The notes beneath the pieces were generated by a model. The model did no database searches and was not told the DNA's origin. It worked only from the letters and a program-made list of their open reading frames with translations. Positions 35,131-44,099 of a stretch of 44,099 nt of DNA are shown piece after piece (within the stretch, counting starts at the first letter, position 1; every line of letters starts with the position of its first letter). This DNA is from an uncultured Alphaproteobacteria bacterium. GTDB lineage: Bacteria; Pseudomonadota; Alphaproteobacteria; Caulobacterales; Caulobacteraceae. The DNA lies in NCBI GenBank assembly GCA_903930545.1, contig CAIYZB010000214.1, forward strand, positions 1-44,099, written 5' to 3'. Position numbers and translations under genes: made by a program.

Positions 35131-35216
35131 GGTCTGGCAAGTTTATTCCGCGGTTGCCGCCTATTGCGCCTTCCCCCGCAATGACTTAATCGCGCAGGCT
35201 CGTTTTCGGGGGACAA

Positions 35217-36014
35217 ATGACCGAGGCCACGCCAACTGCGCTGTCGCTGGACGCCATCCGGGCCAGGCTTGATGTCCTGGACGCCGAGTTGCTTGACCTG
35301 CTCGACCAGCGCGCTGGCATTGCCCGTGAAGTTGCAGCCGCCAAGGCCGCCGCCGGGGATGCTGACAAGTTCGCCCTGCGGCCCGGTCGCGAGACCCAGC
35401 TTATCCGCCGCCTGTTGGACCGTCCCCACGACCACGCCACCGCCTCCCTCATCGTTCGGGTCTGGCGTGAGGTGATCAGCGACAGCCTCTGGCGTCAGGG
35501 GCCCTTCCACCTGTCCGTCTTTGGCGGCCGCAACGATGCGCGGGTCACCGAGGCCGCCCGGATGCGATTTGGAACGGCCCCGCCCCTCAGCCTCGTCTCA
35601 AAGGCCGAAGAGGCCCTGGCCGCCGCTCGCACTGTCGGGGGTGTCGCCATTCTCTCCCTCAGCTCTGATACCCCCTGGTGGGGTCGCCTGCTGGCCGAAC
35701 CCCAACTTAAAGTGTTCTGCGCCCTGCCCTGTCTGGCGGGCTGGGGGCCGATGAACGCCCTGGCCGTGGCCAATGTCGAGATCGAACCCTCTGGCGATGA
35801 CCGCACCTTCTGGGTGACCGACGCCGTGGGCCGTGAGGCCATCGAAGACGCCCTGAGCAAGGACGGGGTCGCCGCCGAACTGGTCACAGAGGCTGGTGGG
35901 TTGAAGCTTTTCGCCCTGGCCGGCTATTATCAGGCCGATGACGAGCGCCTGGCGCGGGCTCCGGGGCGGCTTTCCGGTGTGATCGGGGCTGCACCCGCGC
36001 CCTTCGACGTGTAA
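35217..36014 (+). CDS. Chorismate mutase (AroQ) with C-terminal extension
   Basis: LDAIRARLDVLDAELLDLLDQR, K, RPGRE and WREVIS; first gene of the CM-hisC-tyrC block. Confidence 0.85.
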   Translation: MTEATPTALSLDAIRARLDVLDAELLDLLDQRAGIAREVAAAKAAAGDADKFALRPGRETQLIRRLLDRPHDHATASLIVRVWREVISDSLWRQGPFHLSVFGGRNDARVTEAARMRFGTAPPLSLVSKAEEALAAARTVGGVAILSLSSDTPWWGRLLAEPQLKVFCALPCLAGWGPMNALAVANVEIEPSGDDRTFWVTDAVGREAIEDALSKDGVAAELVTEAGGLKLFALAGYYQADDERLARAPGRLSGVIGAAPAPFDV

Positions 36015-36048
36015 GAGCCACAGCTCAACTCCGCCCCAAAGGCGCTAC

Positions 36049-37179
36049 ATGTCTGAAAACACCCCGCTAAACCGCAGCACTGCGGATCGCCCCGTCCCCA
36101 AGCCGGGGATCCTGGACATTGCCCCATATGTGCCGGGCAAGGCCAAGCTGGATGGCATTGCTGATCCTCTCAAGCTGTCGGCCAACGAAAACATCCTGGG
36201 CTCCAGCCCGGCGGCGCGGGAGGCCTTTTCCTCGGCCTTTGACCAGCTTCACATGTATCCCGATGGCCGTTCCAACATCCTGCGCGAGGCCATCGCCCAG
36301 AAATATGACCTGGAGCCCGAGCGCCTTCTGTTCGGCTGTGGATCGGACGAGATCTTCCAGCTTCTGAACCAGGCCTATCTCGAGCCCGGCGACAATATCG
36401 TCCAGGGCGAGTTCGGCTTTGGCGCCTATGCCATCGGGGCCCGGGCCTGCGGGGCCGAGGTGCGCATGGCCTCTGAAACCAATTACCGCATCGATGTCGA
36501 CGCCCTGCTGCAGCAGGTGGACGAGCGCACCCGCCTGGTCTTTGTCGCCAATCCGGCCAACCCCACCGGAACCTGGATCCCCCACAGCGAGATCGAGCGC
36601 CTTCACGCCGGCTTGCGTCCGGACATCATCCTGGTCCTCGACGGGGCCTATGCCGAATTTGCCCACGACCCCGCCTTCAGCGATGGTGCCGAGCTCGTTC
36701 GGGCGCACAGCAATGTGGTCATGACCCGGACCTTCTCAAAGCTCCACGGCCTGGCCGCCCTTCGGGTGGGCTGGGCCTATCTGCCTACCGAGATGGCCTC
36801 GGCGGTGGACCGCATCCGCCTGCCGTTCAATATCAATATCCCTGGCCAACTGGCCGCTGTTGCCGCCCTGGGGGATGACGACTTCCAGCAGAGGTCCCTG
36901 GCCCTGGTGGAACAGTGGCGACCCTGGCTTGCCCAGCAGCTGGGAGGCCTGGGTCTGGAAACCGTGCCTTCGGCGGCCAATTTCCTGCTGGTTGCCTTTC
37001 CGACCTCGCCGGGGCGGACGGCGAAGGACGCCGAGGCCTTCCTGGGTTCCCGCGGTCTGATCGTGCGCAATGTCGGGGGATACGGTCTGCTCAACCACCT
37101 GCGGATCACCATCGGCCTCGAAGAACACAATCGCGCCGTGGCCGAGGCCCTGTCCGATTTCATGCAGGCCCGCCCATGA
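36049..37179 (+). CDS. hisC: Histidinol-phosphate aminotransferase
   Basis: KLSANEN, YPD, GSDE, NPANPTG, DGAYAEF and TRTFSKLHGLAALRVGW motifs. Confidence 0.95.
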   Translation: MSENTPLNRSTADRPVPKPGILDIAPYVPGKAKLDGIADPLKLSANENILGSSPAAREAFSSAFDQLHMYPDGRSNILREAIAQKYDLEPERLLFGCGSDEIFQLLNQAYLEPGDNIVQGEFGFGAYAIGARACGAEVRMASETNYRIDVDALLQQVDERTRLVFVANPANPTGTWIPHSEIERLHAGLRPDIILVLDGAYAEFAHDPAFSDGAELVRAHSNVVMTRTFSKLHGLAALRVGWAYLPTEMASAVDRIRLPFNINIPGQLAAVAALGDDDFQQRSLALVEQWRPWLAQQLGGLGLETVPSAANFLLVAFPTSPGRTAKDAEAFLGSRGLIVRNVGGYGLLNHLRITIGLEEHNRAVAEALSDFMQARP

Positions 37180-38108
37180 CCCGGCCCATCTATGAGCGTC
37201 TGGCCGTTGTGGGCTGCGGCCTGATCGGCTCCTCAGTGATCCGCGCAGCCCGGGAGGCCGGCGTGGTCTCGCAGATCATCGTGGCTGATGCCAGCGAGGC
37301 GCACAGGGCCCGGATCACCGAACTTGGTCTGGCCGACAAGGTCACCGGCGACATCGCCGAAGCCGTGGCTGAGGCCGATCTGGTGATCTTTGCCGTCCCG
37401 GTCCAGGCCATGGGGGATGCTGCCCAGGCAGCCGCCGCCACCATCCGCCCCGGCACCACGGTCAGCGATGTGGGCTCGGTCAAGGGCAGTGTCGCCGAGG
37501 CCCTGCGCGCCGCCCTGCCGGAGAGCGTCTTCATCATCCCCGGCCACCCCATCGCCGGGACCGAATATTCCGGCCCGGATGCCGGCTTTGCAGAACTGTT
37601 CCGCGACCGCTGGGTCATTCTGACGCCCCAGGCCCGGGACGACGGCCCCTATCTGGAGGCCGTGACCCGGCTGTCGGATTTCTGGCGTCGCCTGGGGGCC
37701 AATGTCGAGCGCATGGACGAAAAGCACCATGACCTGGTCCTGGCCGTCACCAGCCACCTGCCCCACCTGATCGCCTACAATATCGTCGGCACCGCGGCGG
37801 ACATGGAAGAGGTCACCCGCTCCGAGGTGATGAAGTATTCCGCCGGCGGCTTCCGGGACTTCACCCGGATCGCGGCTTCCGATCCCACCATGTGGCGCGA
37901 CGTTTTCCTCGGGAACAAGGATGCCGTGCTCGAGGTCCTGGGCCGGTTCACCGAGGATCTTCAGGCCCTGTCCCGGGCTATCCGCTGGGGCGAGGGTGAC
38001 AAGCTGTTCGACCTGTTCTCCCGCACCCGGGAAATCCGCCGCGGGATCATTGCCGCCGGCCAGGAAAGCAACGAGCCCAACTTCGGCCGGGACCGGGGCA
38101 AGCATTGA
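37176..38108 (+). CDS. tyrC: Prephenate/cyclohexadienyl (arogenate) dehydrogenase
   Basis: GCGLIGSS, DVGSVK, HPIAGTE, HD...A.TSHLPH and GFRDFTRIAASDPTMWRD motifs; ATGA overlap with hisC. Confidence 0.93.
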   Translation: MTRPIYERLAVVGCGLIGSSVIRAAREAGVVSQIIVADASEAHRARITELGLADKVTGDIAEAVAEADLVIFAVPVQAMGDAAQAAAATIRPGTTVSDVGSVKGSVAEALRAALPESVFIIPGHPIAGTEYSGPDAGFAELFRDRWVILTPQARDDGPYLEAVTRLSDFWRRLGANVERMDEKHHDLVLAVTSHLPHLIAYNIVGTAADMEEVTRSEVMKYSAGGFRDFTRIAASDPTMWRDVFLGNKDAVLEVLGRFTEDLQALSRAIRWGEGDKLFDLFSRTREIRRGIIAAGQESNEPNFGRDRGKH

Positions 38109-38431
38109 ACGGCTATGTCATGCTCGGCATCGCCATTGCCTGTGAGGTCGTGGCGACGTCGAGCCTGAAGGCGACCGAGGGCTTCAGCCGTCCCTTGCCG
38201 ACCCTCCTGACACTGGCGGGTTACGGGGTTGCCTTCTGGGCCCTGTCGGTAGCGATCCGGACCATTCCGGTGGGCATTGCCTATGCCATCTGGTGCGGGG
38301 TGGGGATCATTGCCATCACCGCCATTGCCTGGATCTTCCTGAAACAGAGGCTGGACCTGCCGGCTCTGGTGGGCATGGCCCTGATCCTGGCCGGGGTCCT
38401 GGTGATCAACCTGTTCTCAAAGGCTGGCTGA
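38105..38431 (+). CDS. SMR-family small multidrug transporter (EmrE-like)
   Basis: 108 aa, four TMs, membrane Glu in IACEVVAT and PVGIAYAIW; TTG start overlaps the tyrC stop. Confidence 0.9.
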   Translation: MNGYVMLGIAIACEVVATSSLKATEGFSRPLPTLLTLAGYGVAFWALSVAIRTIPVGIAYAIWCGVGIIAITAIAWIFLKQRLDLPALVGMALILAGVLVINLFSKAG

Positions 38432-41221
38432 GGACGACAGGAATTCCGTGGTCGCCTCTATGGCCTCCACCAGACCCATGCGCTGGATCTCCACACCCGG
38501 CGGCAGGCTGGAAAACAGCCGGGTCGGGGCTGCCGCGTCCAGCATGACAAAGACGCCCTTGTCATCGGCCCGCCGGATCAGCCGGCCAAAGGCCTGGGCG
38601 ATCCGGGCCCGGGCGATGGAGTCGTCATAGCCCTTGCCACCAAACCGCATGCGACGGGCCTTGTGCAGGATGTCGGGGCGCGGCCAGGGCACGCGATCAA
38701 AGACCAGCAGACGCAGGGACCGGCCCGGCACATCGACCCCATCGCGGACTGCGTCTGTACCCAGAAGACAGGCGTCCTCCTCGGCCCGGAAGATGTCCAC
38801 CAGGGCCCCGACCTCCAGGGGGTCGACATGCTGGGCATAGAGGGCAAGGCCCTTGTCGGCCAGGGCTGGAGCGATGCGTTCATGGACGGCCCTCAGGCGT
38901 CGGATGGCGGTGAACAGGCCAAGACCCCCGCCGCCGGCCGCCAGAAAGAGCTCGCGCATGGCCGCAGCGATCTGGCGGGGGTCATCGCGGCCCACATCGG
39001 TCACTACAAAGGCCCGGGCATTGGCGGCATAGTCGAAGGGCGAGGCCAGCCTCAGGGTCTTGGGCCGGTCCGGCAGACGGGCTGCCCCGGTGCGCATCTC
39101 TGCCAGGGCAAAGGGATCATCCAGGGTGGAATCTGCCAGGGTGGCCGAGGTCACCAGAACCCCGTGGGCCGGAGCAATGACGGCATTGGTCAGGGGCTCG
39201 CTGGGATCGATCCAGTGACGGCGACAGGCGGCATCCACCACACGGCCATAGAGGAAGGTGGCATCGAACCAGTCGACAAAGTCTGGGTCGTCCTCGGCAT
39301 CCTCGTCAATGGCCCGCAGCATGGAGCGCCAGGCCGGCAGGGTCATGCGGGCCCGGCGGTCCAGACCCCGCAGGGCGCCTTCGATCCGGGCCCGGTCACT
39401 GGTGGTCAGGGTCGCGGCCTCATCGTCCAGCAGGTCCTCGAGCTGTCGCGCCAGGGCCAGGAGGGGGGCTTCCACGGCCGCCAGGGCTGCGGCGGCCGTG
39501 CGGGCCGTATCGCGGACCAGGTCCAGGGCTGGACGGGCGGCGCATTCCATCCCCACCTCGGAGGGGGCTGCCCGCGCCCTTAGCTGTTCGATCAGGGCGA
39601 CCAGAAAGGCCTCGACCGGGCCGATGGGATTGACCTCGCCATTGGGCGGGGCGATCCGGCCAGACCAGCCCTCGCCCGGCAGGGCCTGGGCCGCACGGGT
39701 GGCGTCATTGAGGGCGCGGCGGGCGTCCTCATGGTCGCCAAGCACTTCCAGCAGCCGGGTCTCAAGACCGCGCCCCCGCCGGCCACGGCCTTCCGGTCCC
39801 CGGATCCAGCGCCGCAGTTCGGCGGCCTCCTGGCCGGAGAGGGCTGCCGAAAAGGCCGCATCTGCCGCATCGAACAGGTGGTGGCCCTCGTCAAAGACGA
39901 TGCGCTTCAGCTGGGTGGTTTCGGAATCGCCCTTCGACCCCCGGGCCGAGCGGGCCCCGTCAAAGGCCGCCTGGGTTAACACCAGGGCGTGATTGGCAAT
40001 GACGATGTCGGCCCGACGAGAGCCCCGGATCGCCTTTTCGACAAAACAGGTCCGATAGTGCTGGCAACCGGCATGGATACATTCGCCGCGCCGGTCCACC
40101 AGATTGGCCCCGCTGGCCTGGGCCGCCGGCGGCACGGCGAAAAGGGTCGGCAGCCAGGCTGGGAAGTCCCCACCCGTCATGTCCCCATCCCGCGTAGCGC
40201 GGACCCACCGGGCGGTGAGGCCCATGCCGATCAGGTCTGCCCCGCCCAGCTGGGCGGCATTGACCTGGTCCTGGAAGTTCAGAAGGCAGAGATAGTTTTC
40301 CCGGCCCTTGCGCACCACGGCCTTCTTCGCCCTGACCTTGGGGTCCGGATAGATGGCGTGGCTTTCGCGCTCGATCTGCCGCTGCAGGGCGCGGGTATAG
40401 GTGGAGATCCACACCGAGGGGCCATTGGCCTCTGCCCAGAGTGAGGCCGGGGCCAGATAGGCCAGAGTCTTGCCGACCCCGGTGCCCGCCTCGGCCAGGA
40501 CCATGCGGGGTTCACCCTCCCGCTCCCGGGGCTGGAAGGCAAAGGTGGCTTCCGCAGCGAATTCGGCCTGGGTGGGCCGTGCCTCTGTAAGTCCCGCCGT
40601 GGCCAGCAGTTCGGCCAGTCTGGCAGAGGCGTCAGCCGGATTCATGGATCGGGTCCCGGATTCCCCCGGCGGGGCCTGATCTTCCCATTCGCTGACACGG
40701 GTCCAGACATCGAGGCCGGAGGTGCGGAACTGATTGCCCACGGGGGCAGACCTCAGGGCCGCCATGACCGTAACGCCCCAGGCCCATCCCCCGCGAGCCA
40801 GGGTCTCGGCTATGGCGAGCGCTTCCTCGCGGCTGGGTTCGGGACTGGCGGCCAGTTCCTCAAGCAGCAAACCACAGGCCTGTCTCAGGGCCACGGCCTG
40901 GGCGACGGCGCCGCGCGGTTCCGCCAGGCCCATGGCCAGGGCAAGACCTGCCGCTGACGGGGCACAGAAGCGGGCCGGGCGAACAAAGGCGAAGAGTTCA
41001 AGGACGTCGAACATCCGGGGCGAACGGGACGCAGAATTCAGACCCAGACGCCGGGCCGTCATGGAGGCATGGGCCACCAGAACCGGGCCCCGCTCGAACA
41101 GATCCCGGGCATCCGGAGCCCTCAGGGCCTGTCCGCCGTCCTCATCAGCCACACCGGCCCTGAGGCCCGGAAGAATAACCAGGGCCGGGGCAAGATCGAA
41201 GCTGGAGCTGAGCGCGTTCAC
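38417..41221 (-). CDS. dinG: DinG/Rad3-family ATP-dependent DNA helicase with Fe-S cluster cysteines
   Basis: EAGTGVGKT, KGRENYLC, C..C..C cluster, IANH, FDEGHH, TSATL, SPFDY, GVDVPG and QAFGRLIR motifs. Confidence 0.9.
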   Translation of the reverse strand: MNALSSSFDLAPALVILPGLRAGVADEDGGQALRAPDARDLFERGPVLVAHASMTARRLGLNSASRSPRMFDVLELFAFVRPARFCAPSAAGLALAMGLAEPRGAVAQAVALRQACGLLLEELAASPEPSREEALAIAETLARGGWAWGVTVMAALRSAPVGNQFRTSGLDVWTRVSEWEDQAPPGESGTRSMNPADASARLAELLATAGLTEARPTQAEFAAEATFAFQPREREGEPRMVLAEAGTGVGKTLAYLAPASLWAEANGPSVWISTYTRALQRQIERESHAIYPDPKVRAKKAVVRKGRENYLCLLNFQDQVNAAQLGGADLIGMGLTARWVRATRDGDMTGGDFPAWLPTLFAVPPAAQASGANLVDRRGECIHAGCQHYRTCFVEKAIRGSRRADIVIANHALVLTQAAFDGARSARGSKGDSETTQLKRIVFDEGHHLFDAADAAFSAALSGQEAAELRRWIRGPEGRGRRGRGLETRLLEVLGDHEDARRALNDATRAAQALPGEGWSGRIAPPNGEVNPIGPVEAFLVALIEQLRARAAPSEVGMECAARPALDLVRDTARTAAAALAAVEAPLLALARQLEDLLDDEAATLTTSDRARIEGALRGLDRRARMTLPAWRSMLRAIDEDAEDDPDFVDWFDATFLYGRVVDAACRRHWIDPSEPLTNAVIAPAHGVLVTSATLADSTLDDPFALAEMRTGAARLPDRPKTLRLASPFDYAANARAFVVTDVGRDDPRQIAAAMRELFLAAGGGGLGLFTAIRRLRAVHERIAPALADKGLALYAQHVDPLEVGALVDIFRAEEDACLLGTDAVRDGVDVPGRSLRLLVFDRVPWPRPDILHKARRMRFGGKGYDDSIARARIAQAFGRLIRRADDKGVFVMLDAAAPTRLFSSLPPGVEIQRMGLVEAIEATTEFLSSSASL

Positions 41222-41248
41222 CCCTGATAGCTAGACGAGTTCACCCCG

Positions 41249-41263
41249 AAACGGAACAGGAAC
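41249..41263 (-). promoter_or_regulatory. Candidate alphaproteobacterial LexA (SOS) box
   Basis: Reads GTTC-CTGTTCC-GTTT on the minus strand, one mismatch from GTTC-N7-GTTC, between two divergent repair helicases. Confidence 0.5.
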
Positions 41264-41267
41264 AGGG

Positions 41268-43793
41268 CTGTTCTCAGAGACCCTTGCCCATGCTACCCCG
41301 AAGGCCTCGCCCTGGAGCCCTGCCATCCCCGAGACCCGCGCCCTGCCCCCGGCCTTTGCCGACTGGTTCACCAGTCGGGGCTGGAGCCCGCGCAGCCATC
41401 AGCTGGAGATGGTGGAAAAGGCCCGGACCGGGCGCGATGCCCTGCTGATTGCCCCCACCGGCGGCGGCAAGACCCTGGCGGGATTTCTGCCCAGCCTGAT
41501 CCAGCTGGCCGAACGTCCGCCGGCCAATACGCCACGCGGGGTGCACACCCTCTATATCTCCCCGCTCAAGGCCCTGGCCGTGGATGTGGAGCGTAACCTG
41601 ATGGCCCCCATCCAGCAGATGGGGCTGAATATCACCGCCGAGAGTCGAACGGGCGATACGGGTCTTGCCCGGCGTCAGCGCCAGAGGATCAAGCCCCCGG
41701 ACATCCTGCTGACCACCCCGGAACAGCTGACCCTCTTCTGTGCCTGGGAGGGTGCGCGGGCCTATTTCGCCGATCTGGCCTGCATCATCATCGACGAGAT
41801 CCACGCCATCCACGCCTCCAAGCGGGGCAATCTGCTGGCCCTGGACCTGGCCCGCATCCAGACCCTGGCCCCCAATCTGCGCCGGGTTGGCCTGTCGGCC
41901 ACGGTGGATGATCCCGATGTGATCCGCCGCTGGCTGGCCTTTGCCCCGGCTGACGATCCGGCCCCAGAGGCCAGTGTCGATCTTGTGCGAGGTCCCGGCG
42001 GGGCCGCCCCCATTGTCGATATGCTGCTGGTGGAGAACCGCGTGCCCTGGGCCGGCCACACCGCCCAGCACGCCATGTCCGAGGTCTATGAGGTCATCAA
42101 GAAGGCCCGCACGGCGCTCGTCTTCGTCAATACCCGCTTCCAGGCCGAGTTCGCCTTCCAGGAGCTCTGGAAGCTTAACGACGACGACCTGCCCATCGCC
42201 CTGCACCACGGCAGTCTCGCCCCTGAACAGAGGCGAAAGGTCGAGGCCGCCATGGCCCGGGGCGAACTGAAGGCCGTGGTCTGTACCTCCACCCTAGATC
42301 TCGGCATCGACTGGGGGGATGTGGACCTGGTGATCCAGCTGGCCTCCCCCAAGGGGGCGTCTCGGATGGTCCAGAGAATCGGCCGGGCCAATCACAGGAT
42401 GGACGAGCCCAGCCGGGCCCTCTTCGTCCCCGCCAACCGTTTCGAGATGCTGGAATGCCAGGCCGCCCGGGAGGCCATTGCCGAAAACCGCTTCGACCAG
42501 GACGCCGAGCTTCCCGGAGCCCTGGATGTCCTGGCCCAGCACGTCATGGGCTGTGCCTGTTCCGAGGCTTTTGACCTGCTCGCCCTGTTCGAGGAGGTGA
42601 CTTGCGCCGGACCCTATCGCCACCTGACCTGGGAGGACTTCGAGCAGGTCGTGGATTTCGTCTCTACCGGGGGCTACGCGCTGAAGACCTATGACCAGTT
42701 CCGCCGGATCGTGAAGGGGCAGGACGGGCTGTGGCGGGCGCGCAATGCCCAGATCGCCCAGAGACACCGGCTGAATGCCGGGGCCATCCTGTCGCCTGGT
42801 GTCCTGTCTGTGCGCATCTCCATCGGTCGCAGTCACCGGCCCGGTCGCAAGATCGGGGAGATCGAGGAGGGCTATCTGGAAATGCTGGAGCCCGACGATA
42901 CCTTTGTCTTTGCCGGCCAGATCTGGGCCCTGGTGGGGGTCACGGGGCTGGATGTCCTGGTCCGCCCGGCCATGGGCAAGGAACCGCGCATGCCCTCCTG
43001 GGGTGGGTCGAAATTCGCCCTGTCCTCATTTCTGGCTAAGCGGGTGCGCGAACTGATGTTCGATGAGGCCCACTGGTCGGTCCTGCCCGCCGATGTCCGC
43101 GAATGGTTGGAGATCCAGAAGGATCGTTCCCTGATCGTTGCAGGGGGCGAGATGCTGCTGGAGACCTTTCCGAGGGGCAACCGCCACTTCCTGGTCTGCT
43201 ATCCCTTCGAGGGCAGGCTGGCCCACACCACCCTGGCCATGTTGCTGACCCGGCGGATGGAACGCCTGGGGGTCGAGCCCCTTGGCTTTGTCTGTAACGA
43301 CTATGCCGTGGCCATCTGGGCGGCCCAGCCCCTCAATGACCTGGATTTCGCCGACCTGTTCGAGGAGGACATGCTGGGGGATGATTTGGAATCCTGGCTG
43401 GCCGAAAGCTTCATGATGAAGCGGGCCTTCAAGGGCTGCGCCCTGATTTCCGGCCTCATCGAGCGGCGCTTCTTCGGCGGCGACCAGAAGACCGGACGAC
43501 AGGTCACCTTCTCCACCGACCTCATCTATGACGTTCTGAGACGCCATCAGCCGGATCATCTCCTGCTGCGCTGTGCCCGGGAGGATGCGGCCACTGGCCT
43601 GATCGATGTGGCCCGACTTGGTCAGCTTCTGAACCGGATCCGCGGCCATATCCGCCATGCGGACCTGGACCACCTCTCGCCCTTTTCCGTGCCCATCATG
43701 CTGGAGATCGGCCGGGAGCGAACCCCGGGCATGGGAGGTGACAGGATCCTCGCCGAGGCCGAATCCGACCTGATCGCCGAGGCTGTGGCATGA
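41268..43793 (+). CDS. lhr: Lhr-core / ligase-associated DNA damage response DEXH-box helicase
   Basis: FADWF..RGW.P..HQ (Q motif, upstream of the first ATG at 41409), APTGGGKT, YISPLKAL, DEIH, GLSAT, HHGSL, LDLGID and QRIGRANH motifs. Start uncertain; CTG 41268 is proposed. Confidence 0.88.
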   Translation: MFSETLAHATPKASPWSPAIPETRALPPAFADWFTSRGWSPRSHQLEMVEKARTGRDALLIAPTGGGKTLAGFLPSLIQLAERPPANTPRGVHTLYISPLKALAVDVERNLMAPIQQMGLNITAESRTGDTGLARRQRQRIKPPDILLTTPEQLTLFCAWEGARAYFADLACIIIDEIHAIHASKRGNLLALDLARIQTLAPNLRRVGLSATVDDPDVIRRWLAFAPADDPAPEASVDLVRGPGGAAPIVDMLLVENRVPWAGHTAQHAMSEVYEVIKKARTALVFVNTRFQAEFAFQELWKLNDDDLPIALHHGSLAPEQRRKVEAAMARGELKAVVCTSTLDLGIDWGDVDLVIQLASPKGASRMVQRIGRANHRMDEPSRALFVPANRFEMLECQAAREAIAENRFDQDAELPGALDVLAQHVMGCACSEAFDLLALFEEVTCAGPYRHLTWEDFEQVVDFVSTGGYALKTYDQFRRIVKGQDGLWRARNAQIAQRHRLNAGAILSPGVLSVRISIGRSHRPGRKIGEIEEGYLEMLEPDDTFVFAGQIWALVGVTGLDVLVRPAMGKEPRMPSWGGSKFALSSFLAKRVRELMFDEAHWSVLPADVREWLEIQKDRSLIVAGGEMLLETFPRGNRHFLVCYPFEGRLAHTTLAMLLTRRMERLGVEPLGFVCNDYAVAIWAAQPLNDLDFADLFEEDMLGDDLESWLAESFMMKRAFKGCALISGLIERRFFGGDQKTGRQVTFSTDLIYDVLRRHQPDHLLLRCAREDAATGLIDVARLGQLLNRIRGHIRHADLDHLSPFSVPIMLEIGRERTPGMGGDRILAEAESDLIAEAVA

Positions 43794-44099
43794 CCCTGCC
43801 CGCCTTCGCCCCCCGCCCCTGTGGCAGTCTGCTGATGGAGGTCGCTGGGGTTTCGGTCGCGATGCGGCCCTCCGGGGCCCTGTGGCTCGAGAATCTGGCC
43901 ACTCTGATCGTCGCCGATCTGCACCTGGAAAAGGGATCGTCCTATGCCATGCGCGGCCAGATGCTGCCGCCCTATGACACCCGCGATACCCTCGGGCGAC
44001 TTACCCGGGAGGCGGCAGCCTGCGAAGCCCGCACGGTGATCCTGCTGGGGGATACCTTCCACGACCGGACATCCGAAGCCCGCCTCAGCGATACCGATG
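43790..44099 (+). CDS. pdeM: Ligase-associated DNA damage response endonuclease PdeM (metallophosphoesterase), partial
   Basis: Not in the ORF track. ATGA overlap with the lhr stop; translates ...LIVADLHLEKGSSYAMRGQMLPPYDTRDTL...VILLGDTFHD and runs off the right edge. Confidence 0.88.
   Translation, partial: MTLPAFAPRPCGSLLMEVAGVSVAMRPSGALWLENLATLIVADLHLEKGSSYAMRGQMLPPYDTRDTLGRLTREAAACEARTVILLGDTFHDRTSEARLSDTD

Noticed and set aside
35184-35192. TTAA upstream of chorismate mutase as a CtrA box
   Set aside because: Only a half-site; there is no second TTAA at N7 spacing.
41253-41266. GGAACA tandem repeat as a VNTR or phase-variation tract
   Set aside because: Only about two copies; better explained as part of the LexA-like site and SD.
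1-44099. CRISPR array, rRNA, tRNA, riboswitch or anti-phage defence system
   Set aside because: No regularly spaced repeats or RNA-gene signatures seen by eye, and intergenic gaps are mostly very short. DinG and Lhr here are housekeeping repair types with no cas genes nearby. Small ncRNAs cannot be excluded without an Infernal/Rfam scan.

Overview
GC-rich alphaproteobacterial chromosomal segment, most likely Caulobacteraceae (a ZitP-like gene sits divergent from ftsEX, within a tlpA-argH-lysA-hpt-zitP-ftsEX-plsC-chaC-chorismate mutase-hisC-tyrC block). The left ~24 kb is accessory and has three parts. (i) 1.4-9.9 kb: a sulfoquinovose (SQ) monooxygenase-type catabolic cluster with an SmoC/SquD-like flavin monooxygenase, an SmoB/SquF-like aldo-keto reductase, a Gfo/Idh/MocA-fold protein resembling GH188 NAD+-dependent sulfoquinovosidases, a TonB-dependent receptor, an MFS transporter, a YeiH exporter and an extra SDR. 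No flavin reductase or regulator is present in it. (ii) 10-20 kb: two long GST-like proteins, a kappa-GST/DsbA protein, two sulfatases (one Tat-exported with a non-canonical CSCTR motif), a secreted MBL hydrolase, two small membrane proteins and a TetR regulator. Four intergenic regions share a palindrome WWTGRCRY-N5-GTGYCRWW, which points to one regulon of unknown function. (iii) 20-24 kb: a HupE/UreJ + DUF3604 (PHP-fold) + parvulin-like module. The right ~20 kb is core genome and ends in a divergent dinG / lhr-pdeM DNA-repair locus with a candidate LexA box and an apparent non-ATG start for lhr. No rRNA, tRNA, CRISPR, integrase or transposase was seen. All family calls come from motif recognition by eye; no database searches were run.
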